Assembly: GCA_963815115.1 (NCBI GenBank)
Contig: CAWFFN010000005.1
Coordinates: 96,001 to 160,000 of the forward strand
From: an uncultured delta proteobacterium
GTDB taxonomy: Bacteria > Desulfobacterota > Binatia > DP-6
DNA length: 64,000 bases
Direction: 5' to 3'
Of the stretch, positions 34,738 through 44,193 are shown piece by piece (positions within the stretch are counted from its first letter, which is position 1; every line of letters starts with the position of its first letter). The notes beneath the pieces are model-generated. The model did not search any database. It was not told the DNA's origin and saw nothing but the letters and a program-made list of their open reading frames with translations. Both the position numbers and the translations under genes were made by a program.

Positions 34738-34793
34738 GCAGGAGTCATCACCCCGACGTGCTACGCGGGGAATTCGGGCGGACCCCATCGCCC
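34738..34793 (-). ncRNA. Fluoride (crcB) riboswitch 3
   Basis: Minus strand GGGCGATGGGGTCCGCCC-GAATT-CCCCG...CGGGG-TGATGACTCCTGC, about 57 nt before the MFS start. Confidence 0.85.
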
Positions 34794-34930
34794 GTCGGTA
34801 CGTCTGCAGCGTGGATATTCGCCGTTCCTGTCTGCGTCAACGCCGCCGGGAAGGCATGGCGGTGCTCCTGCGGGAGCCGGCGCCTTGTCGCGTCGTGCGA
34901 ACGTTGCTAGGTTCCAACCAGCTAATCGGC

Positions 34931-34985
34931 GGGCATGGGGTGCGCCCGGAACCGCCGCCGGTCACCCGGCGGCTGATGACTCCTC
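34931..34985 (+). ncRNA. Fluoride (crcB) riboswitch 4 (variant)
   Basis: GGGCATGGGGTGCGCCC-GGAACC-GCCGCCGG TCAC CCGGCGGC-TGATGACTCCTC. Lacks one base of the GAUG core; about 25 nt before the dynamin ATG, in an operon with fluC. Confidence 0.78.
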
Positions 34986-35010
34986 GACCGAACGTAAACC
35001 CGAGGACATC

Positions 35011-36738
35011 ATGCCCGCCGCCGCACAGCCAACCGCAACCACGCCGCCCGCGGAGCCGCTGCATCACCTAGCGACGCTCGCGGAGGCGGTCGGTCTCGCC
35101 GGCGTCGCCGACGAGGCGCGGGCCTTTGCCGGGCGCGTCGCCGAGGGGCGCTTCTTCGTGGCCTGCGTGGGGCAGTTCAAGCGCGGGAAGTCCACCCTGC
35201 TGAACGCTCTGGTCGGCGACCCTGTCCTGCCGACCGGCGTCGTGCCCGTCACCGCGGTCGTGACCGTCGTCCGACACGGAGCGGGGCGGCGGGCGCGCGT
35301 GCGCCACGTCCACGGGGACTGGGAAGACGTCCCCGTCGATCGGCTTGCCGACTACGTGACCGAGGACGGGAACCCGGGGAACCAGCGGCGCATCGCCGGT
35401 GTCGAGGTCTTCGTTCCCCATCGCCTCCTCGCCGCCGGGATGTGCCTCGTCGACACCCCCGGCCTCGGCTCCGTCTTCACCGCGAGCACGGAGGCCACTC
35501 GCGCCTTTCTCCCCCACCTGGACGCCGCCGTGATCGTGCTCGGCGCCGACCCGCCGATCTCCGCCGAGGAGCTGGAGCTGGTCGCCGCTGCGGCCGGACA
35601 GGTGACCGACCTCATCGTCGTCTTCAACAAGGCGGATCGCCTGTCCGACACCGAGCGGACGGATGCGCGCGCGTTCACCGACCGTGTGCTCCGCGAACGC
35701 CTCGGCCATTCTGTCGGCCGCATCCTCGATGTCAGCGCCACCGAGCGCCTCGCAGCGACGGGCCCGGCGCGCGACTGGGACGCCCTGTGTCTCGCGCTCG
35801 AGACGCTGGCGGTGCGCTCGGGCGCGGACCTGGTGCGCGCGGCGGAGGCCAGAGGACTGCGCGTGCTCACGGGACGCTTGCTGGGCGAGCTGGACGAGCG
35901 TCGCGACGCGCTCCTCCGCCCGCTGGACGAGTCCGTCGCACGGATCGAGGTGCTGCGCCGGAGCGTCGCGGAGGCCGAGGATGCGCTCGCCGACCTCCAC
36001 TATCAGCTCGCCGGCGAGCAGGAGCGGCTCACGCGCGAGCTGGGCGACCGGCTCCGGGGCTTCCTCGCCAAGGCGATCCACCAGGCCCGGCGCGCGTTCG
36101 CGCGCTCGATGGAGCCATCCCGCGGGCGCCGCGGCAAGGCCCTGCGCGAGGATGCCGTTCAGCAGGCGCAGGGCGTTGCGCGAGCCGTCTTCGACCGCTG
36201 GCGCGTCGAGGAGGCGCCTGCAGCCGAGGCGCGATACCGCGAGACGTCGCGCCGCTTCGTCGACACCGCGAACGCGTTTCTCACCCGCATCGGGTCGGCC
36301 GCTGCCTTCGACGCAGTACACGTCCCCCACGTCCTGGGCGAGGAGACCGGCTTCCGCGTCACGAGCGACCTTCGCTACACGGAGCTGCTGTACCTCACCA
36401 TGCCGCCGCCGCTTGCTCGCCCGCTTCTGATCCTCCTCACGCGACGGCAGGAGTTCCGTCTCGTGAGCCGTCGTGGCGCCGACTACCTCGAACGGCTCGT
36501 CTTCACGAATGCGCATCGGGTCACCAACGCGCTGATCGAGCAGGCCCTGGAGAGCCGTCGCCGGCTGGAGGCGGACCTCGGGCACCAACTGTACGAGGTC
36601 GTCCGTTGTGCCGAACGGGCGCTGGCGGAGGCGCGAGCCTACCAGGCCAGGGGGCAGGCGGCCGTCGAGGCGGAGCTCCACCGCCTCGAATCATTGCGCG
36701 ACGCGGTGGCCACGCTGACACCGCCCGGTGGCCCGTGA
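35011..36738 (+). CDS. Bacterial dynamin-like GTPase
   Basis: G1 GQFKRGKST, G2 PVT, G3 DTPG, G4 NKAD and a long helical C-terminal stalk. GAGGA RBS before ATG35011. Confidence 0.88.
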   Translation: MPAAAQPTATTPPAEPLHHLATLAEAVGLAGVADEARAFAGRVAEGRFFVACVGQFKRGKSTLLNALVGDPVLPTGVVPVTAVVTVVRHGAGRRARVRHVHGDWEDVPVDRLADYVTEDGNPGNQRRIAGVEVFVPHRLLAAGMCLVDTPGLGSVFTASTEATRAFLPHLDAAVIVLGADPPISAEELELVAAAAGQVTDLIVVFNKADRLSDTERTDARAFTDRVLRERLGHSVGRILDVSATERLAATGPARDWDALCLALETLAVRSGADLVRAAEARGLRVLTGRLLGELDERRDALLRPLDESVARIEVLRRSVAEAEDALADLHYQLAGEQERLTRELGDRLRGFLAKAIHQARRAFARSMEPSRGRRGKALREDAVQQAQGVARAVFDRWRVEEAPAAEARYRETSRRFVDTANAFLTRIGSAAAFDAVHVPHVLGEETGFRVTSDLRYTELLYLTMPPPLARPLLILLTRRQEFRLVSRRGADYLERLVFTNAHRVTNALIEQALESRRRLEADLGHQLYEVVRCAERALAEARAYQARGQAAVEAELHRLESLRDAVATLTPPGGP

Positions 36739-37106
36739 AGGGGGTTCTCTGGGTCGGCCTGGGCGGCTTTGTCGGGGCCAACGCCCGCTACCTGCTCGCG
36801 ACCTGGATCGCGGGACGCGCGGGCACCACCTTCCCGCTCGGGACGTTGGTCATCAACCTCTCGGGCAGCTTCGTCCTGGGCCTGCTCGTCGGTGTGCTCG
36901 AGAATCACGTCACTCCGCCGACGCTGCGGCTGGCGCTCGCCACCGGATTCCTCGGCGCCTATACCACGTTCTCGACGTTCACCTACGAGACGATTCGACT
37001 GGTCGAGGAAGGCAGCGTCCTGCTGGCGGCGCTCAACGCCGGCGGGAGCCTCGCACTCGGGCTCGGCGCCGTCTTCGGCGGCCTCGGTCTCGGGAGAGCC
37101 CTGTGA
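36735..37106 (+). CDS. crcB: Fluoride channel Fluc/CrcB
   Basis: GGFVGANARY, FPLGTLVINLSGSF, TGFLGAYTTFSTF signature. GTG overlaps the dynamin TGA. Confidence 0.95.
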   Translation: MKGVLWVGLGGFVGANARYLLATWIAGRAGTTFPLGTLVINLSGSFVLGLLVGVLENHVTPPTLRLALATGFLGAYTTFSTFTYETIRLVEEGSVLLAALNAGGSLALGLGAVFGGLGLGRAL

Positions 37107-37137
37107 CGCCCGGCCCACGGCACGAGGAGGTATCGTC

Positions 37138-38418
37138 ATGCGCGGCAAACGGATGACCATCTTCATCGACGAGACCGACCATTGGGGGCACCGGTCGCTG
37201 TACCTCGCCATCCTCGAGCGCCTGAAGGCCGCCGGATGCGCCGGCGCCACGGCCGTCCGCGGCGTCGCCGGGTTCGGCCCGCACTCGCAGATCAAGACCG
37301 CACGTCTGGTCGACGTGGTGATGGCGCTGCCGATCGTGATCAGCGTGATCGACCTCCCTGACCGCATCGAGCGCTTCGCCGGCGAGGTGGCGGAGATGAT
37401 GTCGGGGGGGGTGGTCGTGCTGGAGGATGTCGAGGTCCACTTCTACTCCGCCGCCTTCCGTGGGGGCCTGCCCGACGTCGAGGTGGCCGACGTCATGTCC
37501 CGCGCCCCGGAATTCGTCACGCCGGACACGCCGCTGGTGGAAGTGGTCCGGCGGTTGCTCGAGCGCGACTACACGGTGCTGCCCGTGGTGGACCCGGAGC
37601 GCCGGGTGGTGGGAGTCATCGGCGACCAAGACCTGCTCGCCCGGGGCGTCATCAGCGAGAGCCTGCACATGCACCGGGCGACCGCTGAAATCCCGCCCGA
37701 CACGCTGCAGCGGCTCACGTCGAACGGCGGCGTGGTGCGCGACGTGATGACCGCACCGGCCACGACGGTGCAGGAATCCGCGCGCGTCCCCGAAGCCGCG
37801 CGGCTGATGCACGAGCGACATCTGAAGCGGCTGCCCGTCGTCGACGACGCGGGCCACCTGGTGGGCGTGGTCGGTCGGCTCGATATCCTGAGCAGCATCG
37901 CGGCCGGCTATACGCGCAGGACGGCCCCGCGCACCGCGGGGCTTCCACAGGAACATCGCACGGTGGGCGAGATCATGGAGCGCGGGGTTCCGACCGTGGC
38001 AGAGACGACGCCCCTCGGCGACGTGGTGGAGCGCCTGCTCGACTCGGCGGTCCACGAGGTGATCGTGGTCGACGCTGAGGGGCGGCCACTCGGCATCATC
38101 ACGGCCGCCAACGTCTTGGTGAGAGCGGACCCGGTGGAGCGGCCCGGCCTGCTCACCCAGCTGCGCAGCCGCTGGAACGCGGAGGCCAAGCGGCAGGTGC
38201 GCCGCGTGTACGGCCAGCGGGCGGCGGACGTGATGGCGTCGCCTGTGATCACCGTCCGCGACACCGACCCGGTGATGACGGCGCTCACGCTCTCGGCCAC
38301 GAAGCACGTGAAGCGTCCACCGGTCGTGGACGGCGAGGGGCGGCTCGTGGGGGTGGTGGGGCGACCGGCCCTGCTGGCGGCGTCGCTCGACGTGGACACC
38401 GGCGACGCGGAGAAATGA
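37138..38418 (+). CDS. DUF190 (PII-like) domain fused to two CBS pairs
   Basis: IFIDETDHW...AGATAVRGVAGFG...LPIVISVID, then four CBS motifs (VADVMS, LPVVD, VRDVMT, VGEIME, AADVMA). Confidence 0.88.
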   Translation: MRGKRMTIFIDETDHWGHRSLYLAILERLKAAGCAGATAVRGVAGFGPHSQIKTARLVDVVMALPIVISVIDLPDRIERFAGEVAEMMSGGVVVLEDVEVHFYSAAFRGGLPDVEVADVMSRAPEFVTPDTPLVEVVRRLLERDYTVLPVVDPERRVVGVIGDQDLLARGVISESLHMHRATAEIPPDTLQRLTSNGGVVRDVMTAPATTVQESARVPEAARLMHERHLKRLPVVDDAGHLVGVVGRLDILSSIAAGYTRRTAPRTAGLPQEHRTVGEIMERGVPTVAETTPLGDVVERLLDSAVHEVIVVDAEGRPLGIITAANVLVRADPVERPGLLTQLRSRWNAEAKRQVRRVYGQRAADVMASPVITVRDTDPVMTALTLSATKHVKRPPVVDGEGRLVGVVGRPALLAASLDVDTGDAEK

Positions 38419-38929
38419 GTCAGGTCATTCGGGGGGTCAGCGCGGGGAGCGCCGAAGCGGGGCCACGGACGTCTGCCGCCATTCGCCGACGATCTCCCCG
38501 GGGCTGCCTCTTGCGGACCTATCTAAAGATGTCGCATTGGCGTTGACAGATCGCGCCGCGCGGCCATCCGTCGGTCCCCGACCCCAGCGCCGCCCGGCTG
38601 TAGAGCTACTTGTCGTGCCCGACATGAAGGGGCCAGGCGAGTTCCCGCGCACCCATGGGTTGAACACGGTTGCGGCCGATCCGGGATGCTACAATGAAGT
38701 CAGCTGGAGATCCAGAAGAGGAGGCCGCATCGTGATGACGAAGTCGGGGAGGGAACAGCAGCGCCGGGGTTGCGCAAGGCGGGCGCCCCGCGCTGAGATC
38801 GAGGCTTCGTTGCTGGGCACAGCCGAAGCCCGACGTGTTCGGCGTGCAGCATGAGCTGCGGCACATCGTGCGGAGGCTCGAGGTGATTCCTGAATCGGCC
38901 GGACGAGAAGTTGTCACGGAGAAGGGACG

Positions 38930-39250
38930 ATGGTGACGAAGCCGCGCTCACGTCTGCGCGATGAGACCCTCATTGCGCTCCTCGGCCCCGGGGACACCGC
39001 CACCCTCTGCCAGTTCGGTGGCGGGCGGCGCGTGCCGAGCCACGCGCAGTACCTCGCGTGGCAGCGGCGGCTGCTGCTCCTCCACGACTGGCTGCACAAC
39101 GGCTACAGCCAGCGCGCGCTCGCGGCCAAGTACGGGCTGTCCCTCCCGGCCGTGAAGAAGCTCGCGACGTCCTACCTGCGCCAGAAGCGTCTCGCGGAAT
39201 TGCGCGGCACCACCGGACGCGGTCCGGCGTCGCCGAGGCGCGGTTCATGA
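38930..39250 (+). CDS. Mor/C-like phage transcription activator (HTH)
   Basis: LCQFGGGRRVPS...GYSQRALAAKYGLSLPAVKKL resembles the Mu Mor/C architecture. Confidence 0.55.
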   Translation: MVTKPRSRLRDETLIALLGPGDTATLCQFGGGRRVPSHAQYLAWQRRLLLLHDWLHNGYSQRALAAKYGLSLPAVKKLATSYLRQKRLAELRGTTGRGPASPRRGS

Positions 39251-39442
39251 CGCAGCCCTCCGTGGCCCAAGTGCTCGCCTGCCAGTGGCGAGAGCGGGCC
39301 ACGTTCAGCGCCCGAGTGGTTGCCCTCGAGCGTGCCCTCCAAGCCGACCTTGACCGCCTGCAAGACGCGCCGTTCACGCCGCGCGTCCCCGTGACCGTCC
39401 GGCTGACGCTCGACGAGCTGAGCTGTTTAGGTTTCCCAGGTA

Positions 39443-39556
39443 GTGGTGCCGGGCGGCAACAAGGCGGCGGTGGACCGTCTCGACGACGCTCCCGCCGCAA
39501 CGATCCGCAACCTATCCGCAACCTCCGAGGTCGCGGCTGAGCTGGGAGCACGCTAA
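39443..39556 (+). pseudogene. Probable tyrosine-integrase C-terminal remnant adjacent to tRNA 3' end
   Basis: Frame reads VVPGGNKAAVDRLDDAPAATIRNLSAT...-TAA, similar to tails after the catalytic Tyr of phage integrases (from recall). Contains CCGCAAC x3. Confidence 0.5.
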
Positions 39557-39573
39557 GCGTGCAGAATCGTGAG

Positions 39574-39646
39574 TGGAGCCGAGGGGAGTCGAACCCCCGA
39601 CCTCTAGAGTGCGATTCTAGCGCTCTCCCAGCTGAGCTACGGCCCC
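39574..39646 (-). tRNA. tRNA-Ala (anticodon CGC), CCA not encoded
   Basis: GGGGCCGTAGCTCAGCTGGGAGAGCG-CTAGA-ATCGCAC-TCTAG-AGGTCGGGGGTTCGACTCCCCTCGGCTCCA; G3:U70 pair. Confidence 0.96.
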
Positions 39647-39738
39647 ACAAGCGCGCCTGACGGCGCCGGACGGAGACCGCAGGCTATAGCCAGGCGACCC
39701 CGCGAAATCAACCGCCGAGCTCGACGGCGCGGGCGCGC

Positions 39739-40020
39739 TCAGCGCTTCGACGCCGGGGGCTTCACATTGATGATGAGATCGCCGTCCGTCGCCAGCGCCG
39801 CACCACCCTCGTGACGCTGCCACCCGTCTCCCCCTCGCTTCCAGCGGCTGATCTCTCGCGGCTGAGGCAGCTCGAGGCGGCGGCGGACGTCCTCCGCCAT
39901 GCGCTCGGCCCTGAGCAGATCGGTTGCGCGCGGCGTTTCGCTGCGCGGCTGATCGACCAGCCCGACAGCCCGAGAGCCCAGCAATCCGCCCAACATCAGC
40001 ATTGCCAGCATGGTGCGCAT
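39739..40020 (-). CDS. Small secreted hypothetical protein
   Basis: [18 protein letters not shown] signal-like N-terminus; fills the gap between the tRNA and copA. Confidence 0.45.
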   Translation of the reverse strand: MRTMLAMLMLGGLLGSRAVGLVDQPRSETPRATDLLRAERMAEDVRRRLELPQPREISRWKRGGDGWQRHEGGAALATDGDLIINVKPPASKR

Positions 40021-40087
40021 GCGGACCACGGGAGCACGCGTCGTGCCGGGGTTTGACACGCCGGCCGGAGGACCCGAAAGGCTCTCC

Positions 40088-42361
40088 ATGGGCGAGGCGG
40101 CGCGGGACCCGGTGTGCGGGATGAGTGTCGATCCCGCGCGAACGCCGCACCACGACGTTCGCAACGGGGTGACCTATCACTTCTGCGGCGCTCGCTGCGT
40201 CGAGCGCTTCCGTGCCGATCCCGAGCGCTTCCTCGCCCCGGCGGTGCCGCAGCCCGCGCCGATCGCGGCGGAATACACCTGTCCGATGCATCCCGAGATC
40301 GTGCGTCCGTCCCCGGGCACGTGTCCGATCTGCGGCATGGCGCTCGAGCCGCGCGCCGTCTCGCTCGATGGCGAGGAATCGAATCCCGAGCTCGACGACA
40401 TGACGCGCCGGCTGTGGGTCAGCGCCGCGTTCACCCTGCCGCTGTTCCTGCTCGCCATGTCGGACATGCTTCCGGGGCAGCCGATCCAGCACGCGCTCGG
40501 GCACCGCGCGCTGGCCTGGATCCAGCTCGCGCTCGCGACGCCCGTCGTGCTCTGGGGCGCGCGTCCGTTCTTCGAGCGCGGCGTGGCCTCGATCCGGAAC
40601 CGGCACCTCAACATGTTCACCCTGATCGCGCTCGGGACCGGCGTCGCCTACGCCTACAGCCTGGTCGCGACGCTGGCGCCGTGGCTGATCCCCTCCGGCG
40701 GGCCACACGGAGTGCCGATCTACTTCGAAGCGGCTGCAGTCATCACCACGCTCGTCCTGCTCGGCCAGGTGCTCGAGCTGCGCGCCCGCAGCCGCACCGG
40801 GAGCGCGCTGCGGGCGCTCCTGGGCCTCGCGCCGAAGACCGCGCGGCGCCTCGCCGACGATGGCGGCGAGGTCGACGTGGCGCTCGAGCAGGTCGTGGTC
40901 GGCGACCGGCTGCGCGTCCGTCCGGGCGAGAAGGTGCCCGTCGACGGCGTCGTGCTCGAGGGGCGCAGCAGCGTCGACGAGTCGATGATCACCGGCGAGC
41001 CCATCCCGGTGGAGAAGACCGCCGGCTCGCGGGTCACGGGGGGCACGGTGAACGGCACCGGCGGGCTCGTCGTCCGCGCCGATCGGGTGGGGCGCGACAC
41101 GCTGCTGGCGCAGATCGTGCGTCTCGTCGGCGAGGCGCAGCGCAGCCGCGCGCCGATCCAGCGCCTCGCCGACGTCGTGTCCGGCTGGTTCGTGCCCGGC
41201 GTGATCGCGATCGCGGTCCTGGCCTTCGTCGCGTGGATGACCTTCGGACCCGAGCCGCGCCTGGCCCACGCGCTCGTCGCCGCGGTGAGCGTGCTCATCA
41301 TCGCCTGCCCGTGCGCGCTCGGGCTCGCGACGCCCATGTCGATCATGGTCGGTACCGGCCGGGGTGCGACCGCCGGCGTCCTCGTGCGCAACGCCGAGGC
41401 CCTCGAGGTCCTCGAGAAGGTGGACACGCTGGTGGTCGACAAGACCGGCACGCTCACGGAGGGGAAGCCACGGCTCGTGGCCGCCCCCGGCGACGACGTG
41501 CTCCGCCTGGCCGCGAGCCTCGAGCGCGGCAGCGAGCATCCGCTGGCGGCGGCGGTGGTCGAGGGCGCGCGCGAGCGCGGCATCCGCGACCTGCCGCCCG
41601 CGACCGACTTTCGCTCGCACACCGGGAAGGGCGTCGTCGGGAGCGTCGAGGGCCACCAGGTCGTGCTCGGGAACGCCGCGCTGCTCGCGGAGCTGGGCGT
41701 CGGCGCGGCGGCGCTCGAGACCGACGCGGACGCCCTGCGACGCCAGGGGCAGACGGTGATGCTGGTCGGCGTCGACGGCCGGCCTGCCGGGCTGCTCGGC
41801 GTCGCGGACCCGGTGAAGGCGTCGACTCCCGAGGCGCTCGCCGCGCTGCGGGCGGACGGCATTCGCATCGTGATGCTGACCGGCGACGCCCGCGTCACCG
41901 CGGCGGCGGTCGCGCAGGCGCTCGGGATCGACGAGCTCGAGGCCGAGGTGCTGCCGGAGCGCAAGGGCGAGGTCGTCGCTCGTCTCGCCGCGGCCGGCCA
42001 CGTCGTCGCCATGGCCGGCGACGGCGTGAACGACGCGCCGGCGCTCGCCCGGTCGCACGTGGGGATCGCCATGGGGACCGGTACCGACGTCGCCATGGAG
42101 TCGGCCGGCGTGACCCTCGTGCGCGGCGACCTGCGCGGCATCGTGCGGGCGCGGCGGCTGTCGCGCGCCGTCATGCGCAACATCCGCCAGAACCTGTTTC
42201 TCGCCTTCGTCTACAACGCGGTCGGCGTGCCGATCGCGGCGGGCGTGCTGTATCCCGCCTTCGGCCTGCTCCTGAGCCCGATGATCGCGGCGGCCGCGAT
42301 GAGCCTGAGCTCGGTGTCGGTGATCTCGAACGCGCTCCGCCTCGGGAGAGCGCCGCTGTAG
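40088..42361 (+). CDS. copA: Copper-translocating P1B-1 ATPase with YHS and YTCPMHP domains
   Basis: [44 protein letters not shown] and MSLSS motifs. Confidence 0.94.
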   Translation: MGEAARDPVCGMSVDPARTPHHDVRNGVTYHFCGARCVERFRADPERFLAPAVPQPAPIAAEYTCPMHPEIVRPSPGTCPICGMALEPRAVSLDGEESNPELDDMTRRLWVSAAFTLPLFLLAMSDMLPGQPIQHALGHRALAWIQLALATPVVLWGARPFFERGVASIRNRHLNMFTLIALGTGVAYAYSLVATLAPWLIPSGGPHGVPIYFEAAAVITTLVLLGQVLELRARSRTGSALRALLGLAPKTARRLADDGGEVDVALEQVVVGDRLRVRPGEKVPVDGVVLEGRSSVDESMITGEPIPVEKTAGSRVTGGTVNGTGGLVVRADRVGRDTLLAQIVRLVGEAQRSRAPIQRLADVVSGWFVPGVIAIAVLAFVAWMTFGPEPRLAHALVAAVSVLIIACPCALGLATPMSIMVGTGRGATAGVLVRNAEALEVLEKVDTLVVDKTGTLTEGKPRLVAAPGDDVLRLAASLERGSEHPLAAAVVEGARERGIRDLPPATDFRSHTGKGVVGSVEGHQVVLGNAALLAELGVGAAALETDADALRRQGQTVMLVGVDGRPAGLLGVADPVKASTPEALAALRADGIRIVMLTGDARVTAAAVAQALGIDELEAEVLPERKGEVVARLAAAGHVVAMAGDGVNDAPALARSHVGIAMGTGTDVAMESAGVTLVRGDLRGIVRARRLSRAVMRNIRQNLFLAFVYNAVGVPIAAGVLYPAFGLLLSPMIAAAAMSLSSVSVISNALRLGRAPL

Positions 42362-42451
42362 CGGGGGGCGCGGCGGAGGATCGACTGTCTCGACCTGCTC
42401 ACGACGGACGATCCGCTGCGCGAAGCCGCAGGAGTCGCCGAGCGTCGCACG

Positions 42452-43183
42452 CTACCGCCCGACGACCGCCCCCAGGGCGGCCATGAGCGCGATGCCGCCG
42501 AGAAAGGGCACGTAGATCCAGACGCCCGACGAGGGCCGGTGGTGGTGGAGCTGGGGGATCAGATCCGAGCCGGCGATGTAGATGAACATGCCGGCGGTCG
42601 CGGTCATGAACCACGCCAGATGGTGCTCGATCGGCTTGACGGAGAAGAAGAGCAGCGGGCCGAGCATCGCCATGAGCCCGGTGGCGAAGTTGAGGAGCAG
42701 GGCGGTGCGGAACGAGTACCCGCTACTCGTGAGGATGGTGAAGTCGGCAATCTCCTTCGGTACCTCGTGGACCGTGACCGCCAGCGTGGTGGCCAGTCCG
42801 AGCTCGGGGCTGGCGGCGAAGCTCGCCGCGATGACGACGCCGTCGATGAGGTTGTGGAGGCCGTCGCCGACCAGGACCAGGTAGCGAGACGCCTTCGCGT
42901 GGCTCTCCTCGTGCTCGTGAAAGCCGTGCAGCACGCGCTCGAGGAAGAAGAACCCGATCATCGCCGCGAGGGTGGCGACGAAGATGTTGCCATCGTGAGC
43001 GCGCTCGACGGCCTCGGGAAGGAGGTCGAGGAACGCCGTCGCGAGCAGCACGCCGGCCGCGAAGCTGAGCAGGAACGCTTCGCCGCGGGCGCCGGGTCGG
43101 CGGGCGAACAGGAAGACGATGCCGCCGAGCGCGATGACGCCCACCCACAGGGTGGCGATGAGTGACAGGGCGAGCGGGGACAT
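42452..43183 (-). CDS. ZIP-family metal transporter
   Basis: SFAAGVLLATAFLDLLPEA, GDGLHNLIDG, HEVPKEIADF. Confidence 0.9.
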   Translation of the reverse strand: MSPLALSLIATLWVGVIALGGIVFLFARRPGARGEAFLLSFAAGVLLATAFLDLLPEAVERAHDGNIFVATLAAMIGFFFLERVLHGFHEHEESHAKASRYLVLVGDGLHNLIDGVVIAASFAASPELGLATTLAVTVHEVPKEIADFTILTSSGYSFRTALLLNFATGLMAMLGPLLFFSVKPIEHHLAWFMTATAGMFIYIAGSDLIPQLHHHRPSSGVWIYVPFLGGIALMAALGAVVGR

Positions 43184-43250
43184 GCGCGGCGCGACACATC
43201 TGCCTACCCCGTCGCCCTTTGGCAACCTCGTTGCGGTACGCGCCGGACGA

Positions 43251-43580
43251 TCAGCCCGCGAGCTCGCGGAAGACGGCGCGCGCGACGTCGGCGGCGGTGT
43301 CGGTGCCCTCGACGTCGAGCCGGCACCGGGGCGGCTCGGCGCTCAGCCGGAAGCTCAGAAACGGCCAGCGGTCGGCGAGCGCCCGCACCAGGTGCGCCAG
43401 AGTCGCCAGGTCGATCAGCTCGAGACCGAAGCGCAGCCGCACGCCGCTCGGCAGGTCCTCGGGCAGCGCGCCGCGCAGATACGGCCGCAGCGCGCGGGCC
43501 TCGTCGGCCAGCGGCATGTCGCCCAGCGCGCGCGCGAGCCGTCCCGGGCGGACGGCCGGCAGGTCGACGATGACGTCCAC
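43251..43580 (-). CDS. Hypothetical protein
   Basis: 109-aa ORF with normal composition filling the gap; no motif recognised. Confidence 0.55.
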   Translation of the reverse strand: MDVIVDLPAVRPGRLARALGDMPLADEARALRPYLRGALPEDLPSGVRLRFGLELIDLATLAHLVRALADRWPFLSFRLSAEPPRCRLDVEGTDTAADVARAVFRELAG

Positions 43581-43635
43581 GGTTCACCCGTAGCATGCCT
43601 TGCCTCGCGGCGCGCCCGGAGCTACGCCGAAATCC

Positions 43636-44193
43636 ATGGCGCTCACCGAGAACCGCGACGTGCCCCTCGGCACCCCGTGTCCCGATTTCCGGCTGGCCAC
43701 CGTCGACGGCGGCACGGTCGCGCGCGACGACCTCGCGGCCACGCCCGTCCTCGTCGTGATGTTCATCTGCAACCACTGCCCGTACGTGCAGGCGGTGGAG
43801 GACCGCCTGGTCGCGCTGGGCCGCGAGTATGCGGGCCGCGGCGTGCAGCTCGTCGGAATCTGCTCCAACGATCCCACCGACTATCCCGACGACCATCCGA
43901 AGCGACTCCTCGCGCGCTGGCGCGACAAGTGCTTCGGCTTCCCCTACGGCGTCGACGAGTCGCAATCGGTCGCGCGGGCTTTCGGCGCCGTGTGCACACC
44001 GGAGTTCTTCGTCTACGGGCCGGAGCGGACGCTCGCGTACCACGGGCGTCTCGACGACAGCTGGCGCGAGCCCGCCAAGGTCACGCGCCGCGAGCTGGCC
44101 GCGGCACTCGATGCGCTCCTCGCCAACCGGGCGCCGGCGCGCGAGCAGGTGCCGGCGATGGGTTGCTCGATCAAGTGGCGGCGGGCGTCCTGA
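43636..44193 (+). CDS. Thioredoxin-like AhpC/TSA family protein
   Basis: FICNHCPYV, AVCTPEFF, YHGRLDD, MGCSIKW. Confidence 0.92.
   Translation: MALTENRDVPLGTPCPDFRLATVDGGTVARDDLAATPVLVVMFICNHCPYVQAVEDRLVALGREYAGRGVQLVGICSNDPTDYPDDHPKRLLARWRDKCFGFPYGVDESQSVARAFGAVCTPEFFVYGPERTLAYHGRLDDSWREPAKVTRRELAAALDALLANRAPAREQVPAMGCSIKWRRAS

Noticed and set aside
35442-37106. 554-aa ORF ending in CrcB
   Set aside because: Only the last 123 aa (from GTG36735) are Fluc; the rest is off-frame dynamin sequence.
38515-38540. TATCTAAAGATGTCGCATTG and TGTTTAGGTTTCCCAGGTAGTG (39424-39445) as possible IS ends
   Set aside because: They are AT-richer and IS-end-like, but there is no matching partner IR, target duplication or transposase.
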